Positions 1 to 10,691 are shown, numbered from the stretch's first letter. The stretch: 64,000 nucleotides of DNA from Bacteriovoracaceae bacterium (GCA_048270185.1 JBLWTJ010000001.1:1632001-1696000), one strand, 5' to 3'. A program made the numbers and translations. Notes: generated by a model from the letters alone, not told the origin.

Positions 1-847
1 CCTTACGATAATAGAATATCCCAGCTATTGGTAAAAAAAGGGCGAGCCAAAGGTTCCACTGATTTATCTGAAAAGGTACTTGATGTAGATCCCAATTCTT
101 TAAGTAAGCAATGAAATGTTGTTTATCAAATAGAAATCCTTCTGGGGAATTAAAATCAAATGTTAGCACTGTAAATAGCACCGAAAAGGTGAGCCCGATA
201 CTATACGACTTTATTTCAGATTTTGAGATCTTAATATTTTTAAAATAGATTAAAATAATATATGCAAGAGCAATGGCCCCATTTAGCCAGATCCCAAGAG
301 TAATATGAAAGACTGGAGCCAGTCCTATTAAAAAGAATCGACCAACATGCTTTGTACAAAAGAAAAGAGAAAGAACAATACTACATGCAGAAAGTCCTAA
401 TTGTCCTTGAGGTGTTCTTGTATCAATTAGAGAGATATCATAGTTTGCACCAAAATCAATTAAACGAAATTTTTCAATTATTATTGCGACAGGAATCGCC
501 AAGAAGCTTCGATGAATGATATAAGAGCTCAGCCCCAATGCAATCATACTAAGAGCACCTAAGAGCATCGAATTAAATATTGCTATCGTCTGTAGACTAA
601 AGCCTAAACTTAATAAAACTCGATCAATAAAATAATACAGACTATTTAATTTTAGCTGGAAATAATACTGAGGGGACTTGAAAGGGTATTCGATAAGCCC
701 AGCCTTAAGCATACTGTTTTCAACAATATCATCCCAAGCGATAAAATGTGTACCGCCTAAGAAAATCCCATATAATGCGAGAATGATAATAATAATTGGT
801 AATTTATACTTAGAAGCTAAAAATCTAAGTCTTTTCATGTACCACAT
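1..847 (-). CDS. Polytopic membrane protein, possibly GT-C-fold glycosyltransferase (runs off the left edge)
   Basis: Not in ORF track. Read by hand from ATG at 847 (TAATG overlap with upstream stop; alternative ATG 838): MWYMKRLRFLASKYKLPIIIIILALYGIFLGGTHFIAWDDIVENS...FHITLGIWL... open to position 1, many hydrophobic segments, acidic pair after first TM. Confidence 0.7.
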   Translation of the reverse strand, partial: MWYMKRLRFLASKYKLPIIIIILALYGIFLGGTHFIAWDDIVENSMLKAGLIEYPFKSPQYYFQLKLNSLYYFIDRVLLSLGFSLQTIAIFNSMLLGALSMIALGLSSYIIHRSFLAIPVAIIIEKFRLIDFGANYDISLIDTRTPQGQLGLSACSIVLSLFFCTKHVGRFFLIGLAPVFHITLGIWLNGAIALAYIILIYFKNIKISKSEIKSYSIGLTFSVLFTVLTFDFNSPEGFLFDKQHFIAYLKNWDLHQVPFQINQWNLWLALFLPIAGIFYYRK

Positions 848-2352
848 TAATCGCCTAGAATACGCCTTTTAAGTCTTACTTTATTCATACGATCAACATG
901 TTCTCTCGTCGATTTACCAAATTTCTTCTCAATTCTTTCCAGATATTTCGGATCATGAAAGTAAGTGATATAGGCTTGATCTCTAAAATTGAGGACAGTT
1001 GCACCATCAACTAAGCCTGTATGCATTGGGAAAGTCTCATAAGCAAGTTGTGCATATCCTCCCCATGTTTCAGGAAGTGGTATTCCTTGATCTAACGCTT
1101 TCTGATAAAGAGTTGATCCAGGATAGGCCATTCCACTAGTAAAGTTGATATAATCAAGTTCGAGGGCCATAGCTAGATCAAGTGTCTCTTGCATTCTTTC
1201 GACATTATCGTCAGGTAGTCCAAATACAAAGTTACCAATAATATTGATTCCATGCTTCTTTAATCTTTCAACCTGTGTCTCAATGGCATTATCTTTAATT
1301 TTCTTATTTGCAGTTTCTTGCACAACTGAATTAGCTGTTTCAATACCGATACACACCCATCTGATACCAGCTTTTTTAAACTTCATAATAAGATTTTCAC
1401 TTAAAGTATCAACACGAGAGTGGATATAGATATTGAGATCGTAATTTCTTTCAATTAGACCATCGCAAATATCATTAACATGTTTACGATTCATGATAAA
1501 AATTTCATCTGCGAATTTGATATGCTTTATACCATATTCCTTCACCATGATATCAATTTCTTTTAAAATGAACTCTGGCGACCAATAGCGATAGCTGTTT
1601 CGATTCTTGGGCATATCCATAAGCGACTCACCATCTCTAAAGGGAGCCTGAATACAACAGAAATTACACTGAAAAGGACAACCTAGAGTTGTATAGATAG
1701 CGGCGTATGGCTGCCTTGAATCGAGACCAAAACCATGCCAATTATGAGCACGATATTTTTCAACTGGAATTAGATGCCAAGGAAGCCCTGGCATTTCATT
1801 ATCAAGATCTTCGACAAGAGGTGCCGGATCAGTTTTTAGCGCTTTACCTTTATATTCAAAAACTAATCCTTTAACTTTTAAAAGATCATCATCTGTATAA
1901 GAATCTTGTTTTAATACATTTAGAAGACCTTCTAATGTATATGGACCTTCTCCTGAACAAACAAAATCAACACGCTCTTCTTTGAGTGTTTTGAAAGGAA
2001 GGGCCGAAACATGCCCCCCAATAATGATAATTTTTTGATCTGGCAGTAAATCTTTGATTGCATTTATTGTTGCAAGGGCCGGCTCCATTGTTTGAGTCGA
2101 AGCAGATGGATTATGTCCGTAAACAACAAGTGCCACAAGTTTTGGATTTTTTTCTTTAACAACTTTAGCTGCTTCAACAGGTGCCAATTCAAGAACATTT
2201 GTATCAAGAATATCCGCATCAAAGCCTTTATTGAGTGCAAAGTTTGTTAAGAGCCCACCCCAAATTGGAGTCTCGTATGCCGTCAAGTCCGAATCATGCA
2301 GGACCTGATATGTAATTCCTCTACCACCTGGATTTATAACAAGTAAATCCAT
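847..2352 (-). CDS. B12-binding domain radical SAM enzyme (class B methyltransferase-like)
   Basis: N-terminal cobalamin-binding region (GGHVSA, GEG), CPFQCNFC motif, GIET and GNFVFGLP motifs. Confidence 0.9.
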   Translation of the reverse strand: MDLLVINPGGRGITYQVLHDSDLTAYETPIWGGLLTNFALNKGFDADILDTNVLELAPVEAAKVVKEKNPKLVALVVYGHNPSASTQTMEPALATINAIKDLLPDQKIIIIGGHVSALPFKTLKEERVDFVCSGEGPYTLEGLLNVLKQDSYTDDDLLKVKGLVFEYKGKALKTDPAPLVEDLDNEMPGLPWHLIPVEKYRAHNWHGFGLDSRQPYAAIYTTLGCPFQCNFCCIQAPFRDGESLMDMPKNRNSYRYWSPEFILKEIDIMVKEYGIKHIKFADEIFIMNRKHVNDICDGLIERNYDLNIYIHSRVDTLSENLIMKFKKAGIRWVCIGIETANSVVQETANKKIKDNAIETQVERLKKHGINIIGNFVFGLPDDNVERMQETLDLAMALELDYINFTSGMAYPGSTLYQKALDQGIPLPETWGGYAQLAYETFPMHTGLVDGATVLNFRDQAYITYFHDPKYLERIEKKFGKSTREHVDRMNKVRLKRRILGD

Positions 2353-2361
2353 AATACTCCC

Positions 2362-3291
2362 TTATAATTCTAAAATAGTTCCAACAATGCTATTAACGTC
2401 AAGGCCGTATAGACTCTGCATGTGCTCACGTCCGCCATATTTGTAGCAATAGCCTTCGTTGAAATTTAATCCCATACGCTTTACTGGCATTTGGATATTA
2501 TTATCAGCTAAGACCTCTAAGATATAACTTCCAAAACCACCTTTTAACTCGTGTTCTTCTAAAGTTACAACTCTCTTATACTGAGATAGATTTTTAGCTA
2601 ATTCTTTTTCAGATGTTGGAATTGTATAAACATCAACAACACCAGCATTAATTCCGTTTTTCTTTAGTTCGTCTGCAACTTCAAATGCGCGGTAAACCAT
2701 ATTACCTGTTGCAACAATACAAAGATCATTACTTTCTTGAAATGATTTAAAACCAATAGTGAAATCGTCACTTTCAGTATAGATATCTTCTGATGTTTTT
2801 CGATCAAGTCGAATATACATCGGATAGTCAGCATTAGGAGAAGCCTCGGCGAAATATTTTGCCATTACACCATCTGTTATATTGTGAATTTTCAAACGTG
2901 GTAGCGCTCTAAGAATCGTAATGTCTTCTACTGTATGGTGAGTCGGGCCCGAGTCATCATAACTAAGACCTGCTCCAACCCCAACGATTGTAACAGGAAT
3001 ATTCATTGCACAGATATTAAGTCTAATTTGTTCATAACATCTTAGTGTAATGAAGTTAGCAATGGCATGAACATAAGTCTTCTTACCTTCATAACTCATA
3101 CCTGCAGCCAGTGTAATCGCTTGTTGTTCAGCAATACCAACATTAATATACTGAGAAGGTAAGTCTGAACGAAACTTATCAAGAGAAGGAGCTCCTTGAT
3201 CTGCAGAAATAAAGATAAGGTCCTTATCTTCTTTTGCTTGTGCATATAATGCATCAAAGAATATATCTCTTTGTGTTTTTAGCTTTTTCAT
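2362..3291 (-). CDS. Transketolase-like C-terminal subunit
   Basis: NVGIAEQ, GPTHH, YIRL, LEEH..GGFGS motifs. Confidence 0.9.
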   Translation of the reverse strand: MKKLKTQRDIFFDALYAQAKEDKDLIFISADQGAPSLDKFRSDLPSQYINVGIAEQQAITLAAGMSYEGKKTYVHAIANFITLRCYEQIRLNICAMNIPVTIVGVGAGLSYDDSGPTHHTVEDITILRALPRLKIHNITDGVMAKYFAEASPNADYPMYIRLDRKTSEDIYTESDDFTIGFKSFQESNDLCIVATGNMVYRAFEVADELKKNGINAGVVDVYTIPTSEKELAKNLSQYKRVVTLEEHELKGGFGSYILEVLADNNIQMPVKRMGLNFNEGYCYKYGGREHMQSLYGLDVNSIVGTILEL

Positions 3292-4130
3292 TTCTTTATA
3301 CCAACTTTGTTTTCATTAAGTTCTTTAAGTGCTTTTTCGACATCTTCACCGGAAGGTGCAACAGCATGCCATAAAGGGTGGTTGCTCATAAACTCAACAC
3401 CTTTACCTTTAATCGTTTCACAGATAATTACTTTTGGAGCTGTTGTCTTTCTCGCCCTAACATCTTTTAAAGCGGCCATAATTTCTTCAATACTATGACC
3501 GTCAACAGTTGTTACTTCCCATCCAAAACTCTTCCATTTTTCATCAAGTGGTTCAATAGAAAGTGAATTTTCAGTAAAGTGTGTCGCACAAAGATAATTA
3601 CGATCAACAATTGCAACAAGATTATTTAAATTATTATGTGCTGCAAACATTGCTGATTCCCAAATTGAACCTTCATAGCACTCACCATCACCAAGAAGCG
3701 CAAAAGTCAGAGGAAGAGTACGATTCATTTTATGTGTTAAAGCAATTCCAGTTGCTACACCTAAACCATGTCCAAGAGATCCTGTCGTAAATTCGACTCC
3801 CGGAACATCGTGTTGTAAGTGAACGCCAAAAATTCCATCTGCTTTACAAAACTTCCAAATCTCATCGCGATCATAGAAGCCTAGATCCCCTAGGATCGTA
3901 TAAAGAATAACACTGGCCTGACCTTTTGATAGAATGAAACGATCACGGTCAGCATCCTTATCATCGTCTTTATTAAATCTCATTACTCCACCGTAGTAGA
4001 GTGCAACAAGAATTTCTGCACACGAAAACGAAGAAGTCACATGTCCTGTTCCTGCGTTTGCACACATTCTAAGAACCAACTCCCTGATCTCATGGCATTT
4101 TTCTTTTAATTCTAAGTAGTTTTCACTCAT
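3288..4130 (-). CDS. Transketolase-like N-terminal (ThDP-binding) subunit
   Basis: DRDRFILSKG, TGSLGHGL, GDGE...N ThDP motif, TIKGKG. Confidence 0.92.
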   Translation of the reverse strand: MSENYLELKEKCHEIRELVLRMCANAGTGHVTSSFSCAEILVALYYGGVMRFNKDDDKDADRDRFILSKGQASVILYTILGDLGFYDRDEIWKFCKADGIFGVHLQHDVPGVEFTTGSLGHGLGVATGIALTHKMNRTLPLTFALLGDGECYEGSIWESAMFAAHNNLNNLVAIVDRNYLCATHFTENSLSIEPLDEKWKSFGWEVTTVDGHSIEEIMAALKDVRARKTTAPKVIICETIKGKGVEFMSNHPLWHAVAPSGEDVEKALKELNENKVGIKK

Positions 4131-5263
4131 ATATTCTCACTATGTTTAGAGATCACATCTCTAAATTTCTCTATTACTGTATTAATTTGGTCCTTAGTTA
4201 AGCTTAGCCCACTTGGTAAATAAAAACCATAGTTTGCAAGTTTTTCAGCTACAGGGTGAGAATCTCGACTAAAGAGTCCCATGTCTTGGTATATCGGTTG
4301 CTTATGGAGTGGCCAAAAAAATGGGCGATTACCAATTCCTGCATCTGTTAGAGATTTCATAACCTTCTCAGGTTCAGGGAATACTTCAGAGTCAAGAACG
4401 ACACCATAGGCCCAGTATATATTTTGAGCGTAGTCAGTTTGCTCAATGGGCAGGCTCACACCTTTAAGATCCTTGAAAGCTTTAGTGTACATATTCCCCA
4501 TCGTCCGCTTTCTTTCAACAAATTGTGGGAGTGTTTCAAGTTGTGCCAGGCCAACGGCAGCCTGCAGATTTGTCATTCGAGCATTCTGTCCAATATCATC
4601 GTGACGAAAGCGCCTCCCCGACATAAAACAATGATTTCTTAGACTTCGACATTTATCTGCAATGGTATCTTCATTAGTTAGAATCATACCACCTTCGCCA
4701 GTAGTAATATGTTTATTCGCATAGAAGCTAAAAATACTAATATCACCAAGTCCACCACAAGGTTGATCTCGATAAGTTTGCCCGTGCATCTCCGCGGCAT
4801 CTTCAATAATTTTTAAATTAAATTCTTTAGCGATATTGAGTATTTCATCAACCAAGCAAGGTAAACCATAGAGATGTACCATCATAATAGCTTTAGTCTT
4901 AGGTGTTATTTTTGCTCGAATATCTTCAACACTCATATTCCAAGTGTCTTCATATGAATCCACCAGAACTGGGACAAGACCATTTTTTATAATTGCATTG
5001 GAGCATGAAATAATCGTTAGGCTTGGAACAATAATTTCATCACCTTCACATAGACCAAGTGACTTAATTGCAATTTCAAGTGCAGCAGTTCCGCTTGAAA
5101 CAGAAATACCATGTTTGCGATTACAATAGGCCGCCAGTTGATTTTCAAATTCAGAAACAAATCGTCCTTCACATGATACCCAACCAGTATCGATACACTC
5201 ATTCAAATATTTCTTTTCATTGCCAATAAAAATAGGAGTATTTACAGGTATAAATTGATCCAC
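4127..5263 (-). CDS. DegT/DnrJ/EryC1/StrS aminotransferase (perosamine synthase-like)
   Basis: SSGTAAL, IEDAAE, SFYANKHITTGEGG, LPSG. Confidence 0.92.
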   Translation of the reverse strand: MDQFIPVNTPIFIGNEKKYLNECIDTGWVSCEGRFVSEFENQLAAYCNRKHGISVSSGTAALEIAIKSLGLCEGDEIIVPSLTIISCSNAIIKNGLVPVLVDSYEDTWNMSVEDIRAKITPKTKAIMMVHLYGLPCLVDEILNIAKEFNLKIIEDAAEMHGQTYRDQPCGGLGDISIFSFYANKHITTGEGGMILTNEDTIADKCRSLRNHCFMSGRRFRHDDIGQNARMTNLQAAVGLAQLETLPQFVERKRTMGNMYTKAFKDLKGVSLPIEQTDYAQNIYWAYGVVLDSEVFPEPEKVMKSLTDAGIGNRPFFWPLHKQPIYQDMGLFSRDSHPVAEKLANYGFYLPSGLSLTKDQINTVIEKFRDVISKHSENI

Positions 5264-5398
5264 AAGAATTCCATTTCTTAAGCTCTCACAATTCCATGAG
5301 AGGTGTTTTCAAATACTTATCTAATGACAATTATATAGACCACTGTTATAATATGCTAGAGATATCTCAAACTTATTATAACGTTATAACAATTAGAG

Positions 5399-6352
5399 TT
5401 GTTAATGCTTTCAGCTGTAACACCATTAAAATTGTCCTTACTTGGTGGGGGCTCTGACTACCCTCTTTGGTTTCACAAATTTGGTGGACGAGTGCTTGGA
5501 GCATCAATTAACCTCTATACGAAATGGCAGTTAAACTCCGCTGAAACTTCACTCACTCAGAAAGAAAATTTTCTAATTAATCAAATTCAAGATTTTACCA
5601 ATTTAGAATTTCCAGAACAGACATATCTATCAACAAACTCGAGTGAATTACTTCAAAAGGGAGCTGGAGCAAGCTCTGCATCCATACTAAGCCTATTAGC
5701 TCTTATTCACGTATCTAACGGTATGGATAAAACAAACCTAGAATTAGCTAATATGGCCATTGAATTTGAGCAAAGACATCTTGGTCTAAATGTTGGTAAT
5801 CAAGATCAGCTTCTTTCATCAATTGGTGGAATAAATAAAATTATTTTTAATACAGACGGAACATCTGAGATCACACCTTTCACACTACCGGCCCAGGCCC
5901 TACACTCACTAAATCAACATTTGATTCTCATCGATACCAATCAAGGCCATCTTAATCGCCATATAATCAGCAATGATTATATAAACGATAATATTCGTCA
6001 TGAGAGACAAATTAAGAGATTGATGGAATTGGCAACACAAGGTTGCGATATAATTCATAAAACAGATGCAGTTGAGCATTTAGGTTCACTATTAAATGAG
6101 GCTTGGTCCCTTAAGAAAGAACTAAGTCCTAATATGAGTAATTCATCAATTGATGAAATCTACAGTGCCATCAAATCAAAGGGTGCTTTTGGTGCTAAGC
6201 TATTAGGAGCCGGCGGTGGTGGTTTTATTCTTGCTATTGCAAACCCTGATAGCCAGAGAGAAATTACAAAAATACCAAATATAAAGACATATGATATTTG
6301 TATCGAAAATAGTGGTTTAACAATCAATAAGGCAAGTGTTAATGAAAATTGA
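5399..6352 (+). CDS. GHMP sugar kinase (HddA/heptose-7-phosphate kinase-like)
   Basis: GGGSDYP, GNQDQ, GAKLLGAGGGG; ATP-loop motif divergent (KGAGASSA). Confidence 0.85.
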   Translation: MLMLSAVTPLKLSLLGGGSDYPLWFHKFGGRVLGASINLYTKWQLNSAETSLTQKENFLINQIQDFTNLEFPEQTYLSTNSSELLQKGAGASSASILSLLALIHVSNGMDKTNLELANMAIEFEQRHLGLNVGNQDQLLSSIGGINKIIFNTDGTSEITPFTLPAQALHSLNQHLILIDTNQGHLNRHIISNDYINDNIRHERQIKRLMELATQGCDIIHKTDAVEHLGSLLNEAWSLKKELSPNMSNSSIDEIYSAIKSKGAFGAKLLGAGGGGFILAIANPDSQREITKIPNIKTYDICIENSGLTINKASVNEN

Positions 6353-7424
6353 TTTCTTAAATTTATCAATTGATAAACAAGAAGAAAGAGATAAGTACTT
6401 AGCAATTTTAAATGAAGTTTTAATACATGGCCGAATAATTAATGGGCCAGAACTTACAAACTTTGAAAATAACATCGCCCAGTACCTATCAGTAAAGTAC
6501 GCCATTGGAGTTTCCAACGGAACTGATGCCTTGTACCTAGCTCTTAAAGCACTTGGTATTGGTCAAGGGGATGAGGTCATCATTCCTTGCCTATCATGGT
6601 TATCAACGGCCCACGTTGTCCAAGAAATTGGTGCTACTCCTGTTTTTGCAGATATAGGTGATGACTTAAATATAAGTTTAGACTCGATAATAAACCTCAC
6701 AACAGATAAGACAAAGGCCATAATCTGTGTCCACTTCATGGGGAGACCTTGTGAAATGAAGACACTCTCTCAATACGCAAAAGATAATGAGCTTTATTTA
6801 ATTGAAGATGCATCCCAATCATTTGGAGCTCAATACAATGGTCAAAGAACTGGAGCTTTAGGAGATATAGCTTGTTTTAGCTTAAATCCAATGAAGGCCT
6901 TTGGCGCTCTTGGTGAAGCTGGACTAGTCACGACTAATAATGAAAAAATTAAACAGAAGATACATGAATTAAGATATTGTGGGATGATTGATAAGCAATA
7001 CTCTTCTGAGAGCAGTTTAAATTTTCGAATGGATACAATTCAAGCGGCTTTTCTTTCTTATCGACTAAAAAATATTGATGAGACTATAACTAGAAGAGCA
7101 AATATAGCGAAGAAGTACGATCTTAACTTTCCATTAGAAAATAAATTACCAGAAATTCAAAAGAATTGTATTTCTTCACACTATGGCCATACCCTACTCG
7201 TAAATAACAGAGATGAATTCATCAAGTCCATGAAAGACTTTGGTATTGAAACAAAGATTCAACACTATCCTCTTATGTGTGACCAAAGAATCTATATGGA
7301 TTGTCGTGCTGAAAAAGAGAATGGAAGTAATATAGTCGAAAAAATAATCAACATTCCATGTCATGAAAATTTATCATCAGAAGAAGTAAAATATATTATC
7401 AAGTGTGTTTCGGAGTTACTGTGA
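6336..7424 (+). CDS. DegT family aminotransferase
   Basis: SNGTDAL, IEDASQ, SLNPMKAFGALGEAG; likely start ATG 6342. Confidence 0.92.
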   Translation: MLMKIDFLNLSIDKQEERDKYLAILNEVLIHGRIINGPELTNFENNIAQYLSVKYAIGVSNGTDALYLALKALGIGQGDEVIIPCLSWLSTAHVVQEIGATPVFADIGDDLNISLDSIINLTTDKTKAIICVHFMGRPCEMKTLSQYAKDNELYLIEDASQSFGAQYNGQRTGALGDIACFSLNPMKAFGALGEAGLVTTNNEKIKQKIHELRYCGMIDKQYSSESSLNFRMDTIQAAFLSYRLKNIDETITRRANIAKKYDLNFPLENKLPEIQKNCISSHYGHTLLVNNRDEFIKSMKDFGIETKIQHYPLMCDQRIYMDCRAEKENGSNIVEKIINIPCHENLSSEEVKYIIKCVSELL

Positions 7425-7849
7425 AACCTGCTTATGAATTCGTTTTACCACAAGAGCAAGTCATCACATCAAAGTTATTAAGTGACTTGAGAAAAAAGGC
7501 CATGGAACACCCAACTGGTGTCTATCGTTACAATTTTCATGAAAGCTTAGAAGCAGCGAAGCAAGAGATGATCATCTGCTTAACGAGTCGTAGTATCTGC
7601 AATATACATAAACACCTTGATAAAGACGAAATAATCGAAATACTTGAAGGCACTGTAGAAATATCAAAATACAACGATAATTTATCGATCGATGAGACTA
7701 TAACATTGTCGTTATTAGGCGTGAGCCAAATTGAGTTAAAGAAAAATTCAATTCATTCAGTTAAAGTCATTGGCGATTACGCGATAATAAGAGAATTAAC
7801 AACTGGCCCATTTATCAAAGAAAATTGTCTCATTTTAGGAAAATGTTAA
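7421..7849 (+). CDS. WbuC-like cupin-fold protein
   Basis: RYNFH, HKH..KDE...LEG, H.V, E..GPF; GTG at 7421 with GGAG RBS, overlapping the upstream stop. Confidence 0.75.
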   Translation: MKPAYEFVLPQEQVITSKLLSDLRKKAMEHPTGVYRYNFHESLEAAKQEMIICLTSRSICNIHKHLDKDEIIEILEGTVEISKYNDNLSIDETITLSLLGVSQIELKKNSIHSVKVIGDYAIIRELTTGPFIKENCLILGKC

Positions 7850-8949
7850 TGGAGAGCATGCTAGAGATTGAATATAAGAAAGTTATATCGGAGTTGATCT
7901 TTGGCAGAGATGATTTAGCAGCAATAGCACTATACGAATCAGGAACAACGGCCCTTTATGCATTATTAAAGTCCTTTGATATAGGCTCTAATGACGAAGT
8001 CATTATCCAGGCATTCACTTGTAGTGAAGTACCAAGTGCAATTATTAGCACAGGAGCAACACCAATCTATGCAGATATATCAATCGACACGCTAACAGCA
8101 TCACTTAATTTCATTAAACCTCTAATAAGCTCAAATACAAAAGCAATCGTGATTCAAAATACATTTGGACACGTTGAAGATATCTATGAAATAAAGGAAG
8201 AGTTTCCCCATTTGATTATAATCGAAGATGGCGCCCATGCCTGTACAGAAATCCAAGTCGACCAAGGGAAATTAATAGCTGATGCTGCTTTTTATTCAAC
8301 ACAATATAGTAAACTGTACTCAACAGTTTCAGGTGGTGTTAGCCTATGTCAAAAAGAAGATATACAAAAGAGTCTTCTTAACTTTAACACGACATCTACA
8401 GTTTCTTCATTCAAGCAAAGATTTAAAAAGACAATTTATGATTATTTATCAAACTCAAAGCTCTACTATTGGTCGAGAAGTTACAATAATCAAAAAAATC
8501 ATTCTCCAGTTAGAGCATTCCCATCTAAAAGGCCATCAGCTTTTTCATTAAAAGAAGGAATAAGGGAAATCTTAGACATAAGACACAATCTTAGTCATCG
8601 CCGTCAAGTAGCAAAAGCCTACGAGATTTTTTTTAAAGATCATAAAAAAGAACAATTTTATAATGACATAAGAAGAACAGATACTTTTTCACACTTTCCA
8701 ATTAGAGTAAAAAATAAAGAAGATTTTATCGTGAAGGCCAAATCTGCAAACTTATTTTTCTATGACTGGCCACTAAGACCGGTCCCTCACATAGAAACTG
8801 AAGAATATATGATAAACAGAGACAGTTTACATAATTCAATTCAACTAATAAATGAAGTCATTAGCTTACCCACATCAAGAGATGTGAATCGTGATAAATT
8901 AAAGAATATACTCGAATTTTTAAACGAAAATATCGACGATCTAATCTAA
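7825..8949 (+). CDS. DegT family aminotransferase (divergent)
   Basis: SGTTAL, QAFTC, IEDGAH, STQYSK catalytic Lys, SLPT; true start probably 7843-7858. Confidence 0.82.
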   Translation: MSHFRKMLMESMLEIEYKKVISELIFGRDDLAAIALYESGTTALYALLKSFDIGSNDEVIIQAFTCSEVPSAIISTGATPIYADISIDTLTASLNFIKPLISSNTKAIVIQNTFGHVEDIYEIKEEFPHLIIIEDGAHACTEIQVDQGKLIADAAFYSTQYSKLYSTVSGGVSLCQKEDIQKSLLNFNTTSTVSSFKQRFKKTIYDYLSNSKLYYWSRSYNNQKNHSPVRAFPSKRPSAFSLKEGIREILDIRHNLSHRRQVAKAYEIFFKDHKKEQFYNDIRRTDTFSHFPIRVKNKEDFIVKAKSANLFFYDWPLRPVPHIETEEYMINRDSLHNSIQLINEVISLPTSRDVNRDKLKNILEFLNENIDDLI

Positions 8950-10583
8950 GCTTTAATTAATTCACGCTTGTCTTTTCGCCAAAGATTACAGCCATCACAA
9001 ATATTGATTTCATTGCGATGTCCACTTAGATGCATTTGGCGATACTGATTAACAATTTGATCGTTCCAGACTTCTTTTAAACTTCTCTGCGTAATATCTC
9101 CTAGAGGAAATTTAGTTGTTGTGTCCATACAACAAAGAGGAACAACTCCATCGACATGAATACACATTGTCGACCATTTTGCATGACATGGAAGAGTGTC
9201 ATTATATCTTTCAACATGAGATAATTCACCTGCCCAATTATGGATCTTCTGGATTGAAATTTCGTCATGTGATGAAATAAATTGATTCCAATACTTAATA
9301 TAGCCATCGATCTCTGTGATATTTGAGCTTTGCTTTATTAATTGAATACGTATTTTGAGTTGCGAGTTCACTTTATCTCTTAACTTAATTAATTGATGTA
9401 TATTGGCCAATACCTTATCGTAATTAAGCCCACGTCTTATTCCCTCATAAGTTTCCTTGTCCATTGAATCGAGGGCAATATAGATTTCATCAAGTCCTGA
9501 CTCTAAGAGTTCGTGGCATTTTGATTCTGTAAGCAAGGAAGCATTAGTAGCAAGATTTACAACCTTAACACCTTTAGATTTGGTGTACTTGACCTTTTCG
9601 AATATATCTCGATCCAAGAGTGGTTCCCCATCAAGATAGAGCATGACCTTCTCGACATGATCATTATACTCACCTACTTCATCAATGATTTTCTTAAAAG
9701 TAACGTCATCAATCCTCTCCTTACTCTTAAGGGAGAAATCAATCCCACACATGGTACAGTCCGCATTACAGTTATTAACTGTTTCAATATGTAGATACCT
9801 TGGGAACTTGATACTTTGTGGAAGACTTACTCCCATATCTTCACGAAGAAGTCTTGAGTTTCGCTTTTGATTAAAAGCCTTTTTTAAATACTGTGAATAA
9901 GTTCTTAGAAAGAACTGAAATACTCCTAGAACATTCTTTACACGAAATGCTGATGTCTTAGTTTTTGATTTGAAATTATCATTTATTCCTACTTCAATAT
10001 AGTTATGACCACGCCATAGTAAATTTAAAATGATTTCTGCTTGATAAGCATAACTAAAAGTTTCGATATTAACTCGACGTAGATGCTTTGTGTGATAAAG
10101 AACATAGTGATTGTAATATTTTAAACTATTATTAAACAAAAGGTTTACTAATACTGTAAAAACTTTTGAGACAAACTGACGTCCAAAATGACGTTCTTTA
10201 AAATTCAACTGATATGGTATGATCATATCAGCAGCACCAGCATACTTAAAAATTCTTCTCAAAGACTCTCGTGTGATCGAGTTTTGTCCATGAATAATGA
10301 TAAAGAACTCGCTATCGACATTCTTAATACTATCGTTAAAAATCCCACCTAAACCGAGTTGCTTTTCAGTATGGATAACATTAATAAACTCATATTTTTC
10401 AGCAAAACCATCAGCAATAGAAGCTGTTTTATCACTACTCTGATCATTATAGATGACAATTGAGACACTCCCCCACACATCGATACAATCGAGTAAAACG
10501 CCTATTGTATCGGCGAGATTCTTCTCTTCATTATGAGCGGGAACCACTATCGTAAGGGACTTGTTTTTTATTAACATATTCAT
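8946..10583 (-). CDS. Fusion: GT2 (polyprenol-phosphate glycosyltransferase-like) plus radical SAM/SPASM domain
   Basis: N-terminal VVPAHNEE, NDQSSDKT, GLG; C-terminal CNADCTMC, GEPLL, TNASLL and SPASM cysteines (C..W, DG.V.LCC, C..C). Confidence 0.88.
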   Translation of the reverse strand: MNMLIKNKSLTIVVPAHNEEKNLADTIGVLLDCIDVWGSVSIVIYNDQSSDKTASIADGFAEKYEFINVIHTEKQLGLGGIFNDSIKNVDSEFFIIIHGQNSITRESLRRIFKYAGAADMIIPYQLNFKERHFGRQFVSKVFTVLVNLLFNNSLKYYNHYVLYHTKHLRRVNIETFSYAYQAEIILNLLWRGHNYIEVGINDNFKSKTKTSAFRVKNVLGVFQFFLRTYSQYLKKAFNQKRNSRLLREDMGVSLPQSIKFPRYLHIETVNNCNADCTMCGIDFSLKSKERIDDVTFKKIIDEVGEYNDHVEKVMLYLDGEPLLDRDIFEKVKYTKSKGVKVVNLATNASLLTESKCHELLESGLDEIYIALDSMDKETYEGIRRGLNYDKVLANIHQLIKLRDKVNSQLKIRIQLIKQSSNITEIDGYIKYWNQFISSHDEISIQKIHNWAGELSHVERYNDTLPCHAKWSTMCIHVDGVVPLCCMDTTTKFPLGDITQRSLKEVWNDQIVNQYRQMHLSGHRNEINICDGCNLWRKDKRELIKA

Positions 10584-10691
10584 CTAACTATAGTTTATAA
10601 TAACTTATAGATAATTACATTTATTATTAGTTAGAAATGATTTACCTGTTTGAGATTAGTTTTTATACAGTTGTAATGTACTAACTGACTA

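Noticed and set aside
678..872. 64-aa plus-strand ORF
   Set aside because: Antisense to the edge membrane-protein gene and no motifs
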